The position numbers and the translations under genes are program-made. DNA of 60,474 nt from Octopus bimaculoides (taxonomy: Eukaryota): positions 3,140,004-3,200,477 of the forward strand of contig NC_068989.1 of NCBI RefSeq assembly GCF_001194135.2. The letters are read 5' to 3'. Of this stretch, positions 26,903 to 38,927 are shown in pieces. Positions within the stretch are counted from its first letter, which is position 1, and each line of letters opens with the position of its first letter. Under the pieces are notes generated by a model. That model was given only the letters and a program-made list of their open reading frames with translations, searched no databases and was not told where the DNA came from.

Positions 26903-27235
26903 TATGTAGGGGTTGAACAGTTACATTTTTCAACATAGTCTCCTTGCTTTTTTGGTACACTTCTTCCAGCGGTCCACAAGCTTGCTTATTTAATCGGAGG
27001 AGAACGTTTTCGACTTGTGCAACCATTTATGAAGCGCTTCTTAGTTCTTAGCTAATCGACCACCTCGTAAAGGATGTCTGAGCGGTCCAAAGAGGTGATA
27101 GGGCCAGATCAGCATCTGCTTGCAGACTGTTCTAGCAACTGGAAACCCAATTTCTTAATGGTTTCAACGGTGCAGACGGCCGTATGTGAGCGTGCATTGC
27201 TGTGTAACAATCACACTTGCTTTGACAATAGACTC
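26903..27235 (-). mobile_element. mariner transposase C-terminal relic
   Basis: Minus strand reads LLHSNARSHTAVCTVETIKKLGFQLLEQ... KLVDRWKKCTKK/QGDYVEK, a typical mariner C-terminus with frameshifts. Confidence 0.85.
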
Positions 27236-27342
27236 CATTTAGAAGTATAACATCCAGGGGTCACATCCGACGGTCGTTTCTGAGGGAACAATTGTGCAAA
27301 AATGAACTTGAGTTCACTCAATACCACCGTCTCCTTCGTTAA

Positions 27343-27988
27343 GGATGATTCAATTTGTACGATTACATTTAGTTTGAGTTATGGCGGGATCCGTTTCTGA
27401 CAATCTTTATAAAGATATTAAGCTACTATTAAGAAGAAACTATTTATAATATTAGAGATGGTAGGCTGAAAATGGTCCAAGCCAAATTTTGTATTTCATA
27501 GTTATTGGAATTATCATTAGATATCGGGCACATCTGAATTCTTTTATTAATATTAGAACCAGGTTTTCTACTTCTTTAGCTACACATATCCACAATCTTA
27601 AAACGCAGAAAATACAGTATGAATTATCCTGGTCAATAGTAACAGAAGCCTCCACTTATAATTCATACACGCGTAAATGTAATTTTTGTATTAGGGAATC
27701 CCCGACTATTCTGTGTACGCATAACTCCCTAATGTTGAATAGGTTTTTGGACACCATCGTTTCTGGTAGACATAGGTCCTATTCGATCCTTAAGCATCTA
27801 GTGTTAACTCCACACAAAATAATTCCAATAAATATAAAATACAAAATTTGGTTTGGACCATCTTTAACCTATCATCTCTAATATTATAAATATATTCTTC
27901 TTAATAGTCGTAGCTTCATATCTTTATAGAAGTTGTCAGAAACCCGCCATAACACAAAATAAATGTAATTGTATAAATTGATTCATCC
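27343..27988. repeat. About 170-bp inverted repeat pair (27343-27514 and 27819-27988)
   Basis: ggatgattcaatttgtacgattacatttag...gccaaattttgtatttcatagttattggaattat aligns to the reverse complement of ataattccaataaatataaaatacaaaatttgg...gtataaattgattcatcc; roughly 80-85% identity by eye. Confidence 0.9.
27515..27800 (+). mobile_element. Penelope-like element GIY-YIG endonuclease C-terminal fragment
   Basis: RYRAHLNSF...TSLATHIHNLK...YELSWSIV..ASTYNSYTRKCNFCIRE...LMLNR....SGRHR matches the PLE pattern RY..H..SF...T.LS..IW.LK...WSI...Y....CNLC..EK...LN.R....CRH. Confidence 0.75.
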
Positions 27989-28492
27989 ATTTTTATATAC
28001 CAAGATTTTAAGCGAGTTACAAAACTTTGGGATTGACAATACGTTATATTTCAATTTCGTATTTTAATATCGTTTTTAAAAGTAAGTGTGATTATATATT
28101 TTCGTACAGTTTCGATATATTTTAAAAATATATTTATATCTATATATTTTGAATGTATTTTAAATACATTTTGAGCATATTTTCAAATATATATATATAT
28201 TGTTAAAATACCTTAATAAAAAATGTTAAAACCAGACTGTTTTAACTTTATTCAACTGATATACTATTTAACACGCAGTTCAGCATAGAAAAATGCCCTC
28301 GGGAGCCTGCCACCCTCCACACTGCAAACATGTCCCACTCAGTGTAGTTGCGATAAGGTAATGAACTCCACCACACTGATTGCGCCAGTGCAGCAGGGCC
28401 TCTACATCAGTAATGCGATCCTGCTATCTGATATGCACGATGGAGCGCTGATGACGAAGTTGGACTCGCGTCAGGGCCTTGAAGTGCCTACG

Positions 28493-28537
<45 letters not shown>

Positions 28538-29287
28538 CGATGTTTAGTGTGACTGATGTATAAGAGTACATTTGGTATTCAATACGCCAGTCGTGACGTT
28601 TAGCTGTCATCTCGTCTTGTTCAGCAAATTTAACAGGTTTTAAGGGAATGTGAATATACATGTCAGTGTGTGTGTGTGTGTGTGTGTACGGACACACATT
28701 TCGATGATGATAGTGATGTTCAGTTTTGATCTAGCTAGCCACTTATGTTCAGCAATATGTCAACCGTGGCCATCCCGCCTTTTATTTAGGCACAATGTGA
28801 ACGTGCAATGTGTTTGTTTTTTGGGGTTTTTTTTTTTTGCTTTAAATGGTGGAATGTCATTTGTAAAAGATTGGGCTGATATTTCTAGCAGGTGGAATGA
28901 CCACTTAAGAAGCTCCCTTGCTGGTTCAATGTGTATGAGTATAGACATGTATGTGTGTACGTGCGTATGTATACGTGTATTTATACGCGTGTGTGCGCAC
29001 GCGCATGTCTATGCATTTTTATATGTACATGTGTGTGTGTTTGCGCGTCTGTATGTGTATGCATGTGTGCATTTTTATATGTATGCATGTGTGTGTGTAT
29101 GTGTCAGCGTGTTTATATGTATGTGGTCTATGTATGTCTGTACGTATTTATGTATGTGTGTATATGTATGCATGGCTGTGTTATGGCGTCGTATTGTAAA
29201 TGTTTCATGTCGGTCGTCTTTCCAACGTACTTTTGAACGAACCTTTTGCAAAAATTGCCATTTTCCAATATGCACTTGTATCACTTT

Positions 29288-29377
29288 TGATACCCCTCTC
29301 ATATATTTCATGATATCCCTCTCATATATTTCATGATATCCCTCTCATATATTCCATGATATCCCTCTCATATATTT
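29288..29377. repeat. 23-bp minisatellite, 4 copies
   Basis: Unit tgatatccctctcatatatttca. Confidence 0.9.
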
Positions 29378-30739
29378 TCTTCTTTCTGTTCCCGTCTCTC
29401 ATCAAATATCGCATTCGAGCTCTGATCTATCGCATGTTTTCTCTTCGATGCATTTTTCAATCATTTTTTTGCTAGAGGCCTACATTATTATCGAAAGATA
29501 CTTTTGATGTAAAAATACTTCCCTCTTCAACTGAACTCCGAACTCTGACCCAACCGACCTTTCCACCCAGCGAGATATCATGTGAATTAAGCGTAGTGTT
29601 ATTTGTTTTATATCAGATGTGTTCCACGAGTTTAGCATGTGACATGAACTGATGGCCATGTGAAGACAAGTGGAAGACATAACAATGGTGCTATCGACCA
29701 GCTGTGGAGAACTAATGCTGTCTGATTCCGATTTGATTAAATCCTTGTTACGATGTCTTTCAGCCAGTTCTACGACAAAGAAACTCAAAGGCTCTGTTGA
29801 TAATAAAGAAATAAACGATCTTTTATTTCTTCGCCAAAGTAGGAATTGAGAATATTCTATCTGTGACGGTGTACCCGAAAGTGTTGGAAGAAATGAAATC
29901 CGCAGACATAAAGGAAACGATAATATCATACAATAAAATCGATGAAGCTGTTTATTGCTGAAAGGACACGAAAGTAGATGCCGCCGGAACCAATATATCG
30001 ATATGATAAACTACCGAGAGAAACCGTTTTTGGGAAGCTGATAACTTAGGGGCAGAAGGACAATCTGCTGAAAATGACCTTATACAAATGCAACAAATTG
30101 ATGGACTTCAGAATTCTGCATATCGTTCTAGAATATTAGAACACTTGCAGTTTCAGGAAATGCTATTAGCGAGTTGTTGGCCATATTCAGCAGTTTGAAA
30201 CGATTATAAGCCTGTACAGGCTTATGCAGCAGAACGAAAAGTGCCGTTCTCATAATAGCATTACCTGGGGGCAGACCTCGCCCTCCCCTAGCTATGCTAC
30301 TGAGTGCCACATGTTAAGACTTTGAGGAAAAGCTTACATATAAGTCTTGCCCATAATATTAGAAAGTGTCCCGTTTTTGCGGAAGATATGCTATATCTAT
30401 CAGGAGAAGAAGCATTTTAAGCATGTCTGGTCATCTCGAAAAGAGTTTGAGAAATGCTCCCAGTTGATGCTGATGCAGATAGTAACCAAGGGTTGAGCAA
30501 TGTCTTCAGATCTAGGGACAGCGATGCCAACTCACTAACCTCCATTAAACTAAACAATGTTGGAAAACATGCAAGTAGATACGGTCAGCGACGTCACTAT
30601 TATCTCAAAAATGTCTGGAGAAAACAAGGCTCATGATCTGGAATCTTGCATTGGCAGACTCAAGCAATTAGATGGCTCAGTTATCTAATTGCTTCGAAAT
30701 CTTCAAACCATTTGGGCGACGGAAATTAGGAACGATGTA

Positions 30740-30931
30740 TCGTATTTGATGGCATAAAAGACGCAAGGCCATATTTGATTCCTCCCCATTTTAGCAGCGT
30801 ATATTTAGGAAGACAGGCTTTTAGTGTATTAAAGTTTATAGGAGACCCTATTTCGTAATAGGTGATATTTTTCAGAAATTTTTTTTTTTATTTGCAAAGA
30901 AAGTGTATTTTGTATATGCCATCAAATACGG
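30740..30931. mobile_element. pogo/Tigger-like MITE
   Basis: TIRs (t)cgtatttgatggcata / tatgccatcaaatacgg, flanked by TA on both sides. Confidence 0.75.
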
Positions 30932-31543
30932 TAATTTCCGTAACTATCGTTGATTGATCATATTGGAAAGAACGTGCCGACATGTAATAGCTCTTCACTT
31001 ATTCATCACACACAATCTAAAGGGTTTTTAAAAGGTTTTTAAGCCGAAATAAAATTAAAAACTAACATTGAACGCCTACTTATCGTCGAGACAAATTTCT
31101 GTACATATTTATCTTCTTGTAGCCAAATTGAAGTAAATACTAATCAATGGCTTAATGAAAAGAGCTGAATGAAAAGAGCGCGATGGTAATTTACATATTT
31201 GCATAGATTACAACATAAGAGTAAATACAAATATAAATTCTGGCTTACCCTGACGCCATAATTCATGCTGGCCGATAAGAAGCAAGAAGCCTACCAATGA
31301 TTCCAATTTCTGGTGAAACTCAGAAAGTAGCAACTGTGAGTACTCAATTTAGACTATTACGTTCGACATGCGTGTCATGCAGGATATAAACAACAAGCGC
31401 CATATTTCAATGTTCTACGGAAAATGTATTTGGCGATGTCAACGGGATAATAATTTATTGGGACGACATTTTCACCAGTGGCCGCACTATTGCTAAGCTG
31501 GAGCAGAAAATAATGGCAGTTACTCAGCTCCTATGGCATTGCT

Positions 31544-31744
31544 GGTGGAGGCACAATGGCCCAGTGGTTAGGGCAGCGGACTCGCGGTTTCGTTGAGTGT
31601 TTATTGAGCTAAAGCTCCACAAGGCTCCGGCAGGGGATGGTGGCGAAACCTGCTGTACTTTATCACCACAACTTTCTCTAGGCAGTTCCGTTGATCGGAT
31701 CAACTGGAACCCTTGACGTCGTAAGCGTCGGAGTGCCAACAATA
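31544..31744 (+). mobile_element. SINE family B, internally deleted, with target-site duplication
   Basis: Same 5' and 3' ends as the 17451 copy; ATGGCATTGCT duplicated at 31533-31543 and 31745-31755. Confidence 0.85.
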
Positions 31745-32013
31745 ATGGCATTGCTGATACCGAAAAGAAGTGTCTTTCGTGCAGAGAAACTTATCTTCCG
31801 AGGCTATAAAATCTGCAGACAAGGTATCCAATTAAACAATTATCAAATTTTAAACCTCTATAACTTTTTCTTAGTTTCCTGAAAAAAGTGAAATATCTCA
31901 TGAGATTCAGCTTAATTACATTAATGTACCGAATTTTAAAATTTTCAACAAACTTTGAATTTATTTACATTATTTACATTTGGTGGATATTTGTCCTCAT
32001 CTTGTTTGTTATT

Positions 32014-32059
32014 AACACAACATTTCAGCTGATATACCCTCCAGCCTTCATCAGGTGTC
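32014..32059 (-). ncRNA. Minimal type I hammerhead motif, CpG-decayed
   Basis: Minus strand reads GACAC-CTGATGA-a-GGCTG[gagggtatat]CAGCT-GAAA-TG-T-T-GTGTT. The core is intact, helix I is 5 bp and helix III is AUGU (ACGT palindrome if CpG restored). Confidence 0.55.
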
Positions 32060-32375
32060 TTGGGGAAAATTTCGGACTTGGGTTCTCATTCCTAAGGTAT
32101 TTTTCGATGTTATTATTATTCTTGAATTTTCGAAAATTGGTAGCCAAACTGAAAAGATCCGAAATGTGAGTGTTTGCGAGTAACGTATGAAGGGCAAGGT
32201 TCACAATTTATCCGTAGATTAAAAAATTGAGAAACATCCGTTATCGATTTTCAATCCTTGTTGGGTTCTCATGAGAGATGTTTACATCACTTGACCAATC
32301 TCAAAGAATCAGGCAACCAAACTATTCAGGTACACGACGAATCCTGTAGCTTCAAGGAACTGGAGTGATTACACG

Positions 32376-32509
32376 CAGGCGCTGTCCCAGTAATTTTTCG
32401 AAGGGAAGGTCAGAAGGGAATACAATTGCAGGAGAAAAGGGCGCGCTTCTTTCTTGAGCTGGGGGGGGGGGCATGTGCCCATCATCACCCCCACTTGGGT
32501 CCGCCCCTG
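32376..32509. mobile_element. hAT-like MITE remnant
   Basis: Ends CAGGCGCTGTCCCAG / TTGGGTCCGCCCCTG (partial TIR match); no clear TSD. Confidence 0.4.
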
Positions 32510-32512
32510 ATA

Positions 32513-32625
32513 CGACGGGACTTCTTTCAGTTTCTGTCTACCAAAACCCCTCACAAGGCTTCGTTCGGCCCAGGGCTATAGTAGAAGATACTTGACTCGG
32601 GTGCCACGCAGTACGACTGACGCAG
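32513..32625 (-). mobile_element. SINE family A, 5' fragment
   Basis: cttctttcagtttctgtctaccaaa...cacaaggcttcgttcggccc...gtgccacgcagt is the reverse complement of the family A head. Confidence 0.7.
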
Positions 32626-33172
32626 ACATGTGTGGGACGTAAACAAACTAACACTTGTTGAAACCATATCGGAAAGCAAACTTCATGCCAAACAACCACG
32701 CCTGCACCCGTGCCACATAGTTGCGCCAACGTATTTGTCTGTGTGGTATGTATGTATGTATGTATGTATGTGTGTATGTGTGTGTGTGTGTGTGAGTAAA
32801 TATTTGCTTGGATGCACAACCAAACAGCTGAATGATATTTTAGATAATCAATCACTTTGGATGATGTCTTCACTAAACACCATTACCATCACCACCACCA
32901 CCACTACCAACACCACCACCATCACCGTCACAATACGAACAAGCCTGGTCATTCGATCTGCTAGAAAGAACAACCAAATCTCCTTCAGATCCTATCTCCG
33001 CTGTATTTCACGTAAAAAAAAAATGAAACAAAATGAAAGGAAAAGAGGACATAGAAAGAAGATATTAGATGATGTAGTCCTAGATAGACTATACCAGAAT
33101 AAAAGACTCATTGGTTATGTTTAAAGTGTTTTTGATCTTTGGTTTGTTGGATCAGAGCTAAGCAAGACAGAA

Positions 33173-33213
<41 letters not shown>

Positions 33214-33524
33214 CTAACACTCGCACATTATCACACTCACACACGTACACTCTCATTCACACACACATACGCACGCGGCCTTCATATTTGCCAAACGCCC
33301 CTTCCAAGACATTTTGTGAGAGAATCATTGTTGCATGGGCGATATTAGACGCAGAACTGTGGGCGTTTGTACCGGTGGAATCGATAACCAAACGAAATTC
33401 GTTGAAATAACAAGCCTTGGGCAATCACCACCAACAATGCCACCGCCATAAGGAAACTACCAAGAACACCTGTTCGCAACAATACCCGAAAATCATCAAT
33501 CATTTGTTTGTTACGACTACACCG

Positions 33525-33770
33525 ATGGAGTCTAATGATGGAGTCTCTACGTGTGGCCTTGCCGCATGTTAGAAATAGCAGCCAAATCGCTTTAAATCAT
33601 ACTCTACCTTTAGGACTAAACGATAACGACTTACACTCGAACACACGCCGGATAAGGTGACCTTGTTTCCTTGTTCATAGGAAAAAGTCAGGATAGCCAC
33701 GGCTGGAATACTTATGATCGTAGATCTGTTTGACCAGGATCGACCTGGGGTTAAATAACAATAACGATGA
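33525..33770 (+). mobile_element. Retroposon 3' end (family D) with (AAC)n-like tail
   Basis: tagaaatagcagccaaatc...cacggctggaat...gatcgacctggggttaaataacaataac. Related fragments lie at about 8600-8740, 33880-34020, 37030-37085, 52395-52470 and 53450-53600. Confidence 0.5.
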
Positions 33771-35157
33771 TCACTACTGCATCGTTGACTTCAACAAACA
33801 GCATTGTTAACATCAGTATTACAACCACCACCACCATTACTACCACCGCAACAACAACATTAACTAACACCACTGCCAACTTTGCTGGCTCTGATTGAGC
33901 AGACTTATCAGAAACGTTCCATCCACGACAGTCCCGCAGGATTACATTATAGAACGTGTTCTGTCTTTTTCAAAATGGTAAGGTGTGATTTGAAGGAATT
34001 TGGCTGCTATTTCTTGCAAGTCGAAATTTCCTTCTTCAGCTCGTAAAAATGAAAACCAGCACCACCACCACTGCGACTACTACCACCACCACCACTGCTA
34101 CAACTAGAGTCGCTGCTGCTACTACTACGACCTTAACAGCAACAACGAGAACACCACCAATAAGCATCACCACTGCATCACCAAAAATACCATTGATCCC
34201 TCAACTGCCTCTACTACGAAAATAAAATTCGTAGCCACCATCAACCTCAACCATCCATCGTTGTGATCATCGCCACCACCACCACCAACAGCAACTCATT
34301 GAGATCGTCATTAAATGTTACGGTCAGATCAACAACACGAGCCAATCACCCCCTCCGCCGCCACTAACACCATCGCCACCAAATTGTAAGACCACCGATC
34401 AGACCACCGCCAACACCAGGTAACCATTTACCGTCTTACAACCTTAAGCGCCGCCACCACCAAAGGCACCGATGCCGCCACTTCCAATAACAAATCAGGC
34501 GATCACCACCGACACCATGATCAGGTCACCACCACCTCCATCACCACCACCACCTCCAGCCATCGACACAACCTCCATCACCACCTCCAGCCACCACTAC
34601 CATCACCAGCCATCGACACAACCGCCGCCACCACGTCCGTCCGCCGCCGCCGCCGCCCTCACTGTAATCGCAAGTTGAATATTTCTCGGTTCTATTTTTA
34701 GCTGTGATTTTGGGCGAAGTCATTCTACTTATAGGTCTGTCTTTCTATATATAGAACACAGTGGAAAAGCTGATCTGGGGAAGGATAAATGGTGGTGGTG
34801 GTGGTGGTGAGGAAGATGGTGACGTTGGCAGTGAAGTAGTTATGATGGTGGTGGTGGTGAGGGAGGTAGTTGTGGACATGATGATAGTGATGGTGGTGGT
34901 TATTGTGAGATTGCTACGGTGGCGGCGGAAACGATGGTGGTGGTTGCGGTTATGACAGTGATAATTGCAGTGTTGGTCGTAGTATGTTGACGGTGGATTG
35001 GTGTGGAGCGTGTAGCAGCGATGGTATTTGAGATTGTCGTAGTGGTGGCGGGGGTGGTTGGAGCGGTGTTCGAATTCAAGCTGCAGCACCTGACTGGCAT
35101 TTCGTTTTTTTGTGTGTGTGTGTGTTAAGACGAAAGAAAGAGAGAGACTAGACTTAC

Positions 35158-35480
35158 TTTAGCTTAGCTAAACAGATCGATATATGGTGTATGTGTGTAT
35201 GATCGTGTTTGACGTGCATTCAGAGGCGGGGGTTGATTCGGGGTCGGGGTGGTTAAAAAGAAAACGCGGCTGGTCGGCTGGTTAGGTGGCTGGCTAGAGT
35301 AGCTCGCTGGCTGGCTGGTTTTCTGGCTGGTCGTTCAGCTGGCTTGGTCGACTTCAAAGAGAACTGATTACAGGTGGCGATGTTGATACCTTCATTATCG
35401 TCGTCGTCATCGTCACCTCCAACTTATCCTACATTACACTGACCTTGACAATATCGATCTATTCGTTGATTTGTTTCTTT
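35158..35480 (-). other. Candidate non-coding (5' UTR) exon
   Basis: CpG-dense unique sequence ending AAA|GTAAGT on the minus strand at 35158/35157. No long ORF; abuts a gap at the edge of the CpG-rich domain. Confidence 0.3.
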
Positions 35481-36179
35481 NNNNNNNNNNNNNNNNNNNN
35501 NNNNNNNNNNNNNNNNNNNNNNNNNNNNNNNNNNNNNNNNNNNNNNNNNNNNNNNNNNNNNNNNNNNNNNNNNNNNNNNNNNNNNNNNNNNNNNNNNNNN
35601 NNNNNNNNNNNNNNNNNNNNNNNNNNNNNNNNNNNNNNNNNNNNNNNNNNNNNNNNNNNNNNNNNNNNNNNNNNNNNNNNNNNNNNNNNNNNNNNNNNNN
35701 NNNNNNNNNNNNNNNNNNNNNNNNNNNNNNNNNNNNNNNNNNNNNNNNNNNNNNNNNNNNNNNNNNNNNNNNNNNNNNNNNNNNNNNNNNNNNNNNNNNN
35801 NNNNNNNNNNNNNNNNNNNNNNNNNNNNNNNNNNNNNNNNNNNNNNNNNNNNNNNNNNNNNNNNNNNNNNNNNNNNNNNNNNNNNNNNNNNNNNNNNNNN
35901 NNNNNNNNNNNNNNNNNNNNNNNNNNNNNNNNNNNNNNNNNNNNNNNNNNNNNNNNNNNNNNNNNNNNNNNNNNNNNNNNNNNNNNNNNNNNNNNNNNNN
36001 NNNNNNNNNNNNNNNNNNNNNNNNNNNNNNNNNNNNNNNNNNNNNNNNNNNNNNNNNNNNNNNNNNNNNNNNNNNNNNNNNNNNNNNNNNNNNNNNNNNN
36101 NNNNNNNNNNNNNNNNNNNNNNNNNNNNNNNNNNNNNNNNNNNNNNNNNNNNNNNNNNNNNNNNNNNNNNNNNNNNNNN

Positions 36180-36258
36180 TCTTCTACTATAGCCTTGGGC
36201 CAACCAAAGCCTTATGAGTGGATTTGGTAGATGGAAACTGAAAGAAGCCTGTTGTGTG

Positions 36259-36301
<43 letters not shown>

Positions 36302-36505
36302 TAGTGTTTGTCCCCCCCCCCACCATTGCTTGACAACTGATGCTGGTGTGTTTACGTCCCCATAACTTAGTGGTTCAGCAAAAGAAACCGACAGAATAAG
36401 TACTAGGCTTACAAAGAATAAGTCCTGGGGTCGATTTGCTCGAGTAAAGGCGGTGCTCCAGCATGGCCGCAGTCAAATGACTGAAACAAGTAAAAGAATG
36501 AAATG
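36180..36505 (+). mobile_element. SINE family A (5' end in gap)
   Basis: cttctactatagccttgggcc...ggcggtgctccagcatggccgcagtcaaatgactgaaacaagtaaaag. Confidence 0.85.
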
Positions 36506-36704
36506 ATGATGATGTCTTAAAAAGAGGAAGAGTACACTGCATAATGTAAATCTGGACATCCCCCTCTAAAAAGATGGACTGGTCATGGCCGGAATGTCTC
36601 TGATTATTGATCACTCTGCTCACTGAGAGTTGATCCAATGCTAAACAACAAATTGTACCTTTGGTATAGAAAAGCTGTAAGCTTTCAGAAAGGTATATTC
36701 CGAA

Positions 36705-37018
36705 ACAGGTGTGGTTGTGTGGTAAGAAGTTTGCTTCCCAACCTCACAGTTCCAGGTTCAGTCCTACTGTGTGGCACTTGGGTCAGCCAAAGCCTTGTGA
36801 ATGGATTTGGTAGACAGAGACTGAAAGATCCTGTCGTTTGTGTTTACATCCCTGTAACTTAGCAGTTTGGCAAAAGAGACTGATAGAATAAGTTCTAGGT
36901 TAAAGAAAAAAAAAGAAAAACAGGTACTGGGGTTGGTTCAATTGACTAAACATTCCTTAAAGTGATGCCCCAGCATGGCCAGTCTAATCACTTAAACAAC
37001 TAAAAAAATAAAAAGAGC
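36705..37018 (+). mobile_element. SINE family A
   Basis: caggtgtggttgtgtggtaagaagtttgcttccc...ggttcagtcc...cccagcatggccagtc. Confidence 0.8.
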
Positions 37019-37425
37019 AGAATATTATTTGAAAGATGTTCAGCTGCTATTTCTAGCTGGCTGAGCTACCATGTAGAGGCTCCCATATCTTGTGATTCTG
37101 TTAGTTATGGTGGAAGAAACGAGCTGTGAATTCTGCATTTTCAAATAGCTTCTGTCTTTGAGTTAATCCACAGCAATACTTTCAGGAAATGCTTGTCAAA
37201 ATATTGATTTCTTGTGTGTGTGCGAGGAAACTTTAAACTTGCATTAAGCAAGCTGGTTCTGCTTTGTATATCTTGGAAGTGAAACTGGATCTTGTGGGAC
37301 CTAAGTGCCATCATAGTCGAACGATTCAGATGGTAGTTTCTAATGTTTTGGCATTGGAACACAGTTTTGGAAAATCAATAATCTTCTGTGATCCATTTCT
37401 TTAATAATTGAATTGGATGCAATCA

Positions 37426-38205
37426 CAGGCATGGCTGTGTGGTTAAGAAGCTTGCTTTGTGACTCCAGGGTTTCAGGTTCAGTCTGACTGCATGGTACCT
37501 TGGGTAAATATCTTTCACTTATAGCCCTGTGTTGGCCAAACCTTGTGAGTGGATTTAGCAGACAAAAACTGAAAGGAACCCCCAGTTCGTGCATGTGTGT
37601 GTGTGTTTGTGTGCCTCTGTGTGTGTGCGTGCGTGTGTGTGTGTGTGTGTGTGTGCATGTGCCTATGTGTGCGTGTGCCTGTTCGTGCATGCCTTTGTCT
37701 GTGTGTGCGTGCCTGTGTATGTGTGCATGCATGTGTCTGTGTGTGCTTGCATGTTCTGTGTGCTTGTGCCTGTGTGTGCATGCATTTACATGTGTGTTCG
37801 TGCATGTGCCTGTTTGTGTGTGCATGAGTGTGCCTGTGTGTGCACGTGCCTGTGTTTGTGTTTCCATTTACCAAATCCACTCACAAGGCTTTGGTTGGCC
37901 TGAGGCTATAGCAGAAGACACTTGCCCAAGGTGCCATGCAGTGGGACTGAACCCACCACACAGCCACCCTGCACCTATATATCTATACACACACGCACAC
38001 ACCTTTATGTGTATGTTTTTGTGTCTATTTGTCCCCTACCACCACTTGACAACCAGTGTTGGTGTGTTTACATCCCCTTAATGTACCAGTCTGACAATAG
38101 AGGCCAATAAGATTAGTACCAGGCTTAAAAAAACAATAAGCGTGAGGGCTGATTCATTCAGCCAAAAGTTCTTGAAATTAGTCCAAAGCATGGCAACAGT
38201 CTAAT
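37426..38205 (+). mobile_element. SINE family A with expanded TG-rich core and nested inverted SINE head (37857-37952)
   Basis: Head at 37426-37580, tail at 38030-38205; 37857-37952 is the reverse complement of the head. Confidence 0.8.
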
Positions 38206-38589
38206 ATTTTCAGATATTTCAAAAATAAACCATTCTATTTTTGTGACCTTTTCAGAATTTCCTTGAACCTTTAAGACAAGAACATCTGGATTAAGGATTT
38301 GGATCAGAAATCCATTGGGATATCCTTAACATAGATTTGAATTCTACCAACGATATCTTATTTTTGCTGGCAGTGCCCCAGAATGGCCACAGCCCACTGG
38401 CTGCAACCAGTAAAAGTTTAAAATTGTTGGGTATAAAAACAAAACTAAAAAGCAGAATTTTTATTTTTATTTTTTTTTACCCAGAATTTTGATTTCTTAC
38501 AAAGAGAAGGAATATTATAATGTGATGTTCATGCCTCTCCTAAAAGCATTTGTGACATCAATGAAAAGGCACCAGCCTAGGATAATAGT

Positions 38590-38790
38590 CGATCACAGCA
38601 TAACTCGAAAGCTCTCAGTCACTTGTCATTGCCCCTGTGAGGCCCAAAGTTTGAAGGATGTGCTTCACCACCTCATCCCATATCTTCCTGGGTGTACCTC
38701 TTCTGCAGGTTCCTTCTACTGTTAGGGTGTGACACTTCTTCACATAGCTGCTCGTTGGGGGTTTGTCAATGGGGATCTTCATTCACACAG
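38590..38790 (-). mobile_element. RTE LINE ORF C-terminus
   Basis: Minus strand reads SSYVKKCHTLTVEGTCRRGTPRKIWDEVVKHILQTLGLTGAMTSD*ELSSYAV, the RTE C-terminal G.R.RGRP...W...V..DL pattern. Confidence 0.8.
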
Positions 38791-38927
38791 TATCAAGGTA
38801 TGATATGATTTATGCAACGTATATAGCACCTTTATAAACAGGGCTAACTCGGCTGCAAGTCCCCACCTTACAAGCAAATATCTTGCATACTGGGGTCGCC
38901 CCTTTTCTGTATTTTGAATAAGTAATG

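Noticed and set aside
28445-28480. CTGATGA...cgcgtc aggg hammerhead-like remnant near the PLE fragment
   Set aside because: The GAAA core is missing and helix I does not pair; at best a deleted relic.
14984-29377. Tandem repeats as a CRISPR-like array
   Set aside because: The units are contiguous without unique spacers and the context is eukaryotic.
29480-30130. 149-aa minus-strand ORF and weak LINE-like plus-strand words
   Set aside because: No recognisable motif or splice signals; possibly very old LINE debris, but I cannot support that.
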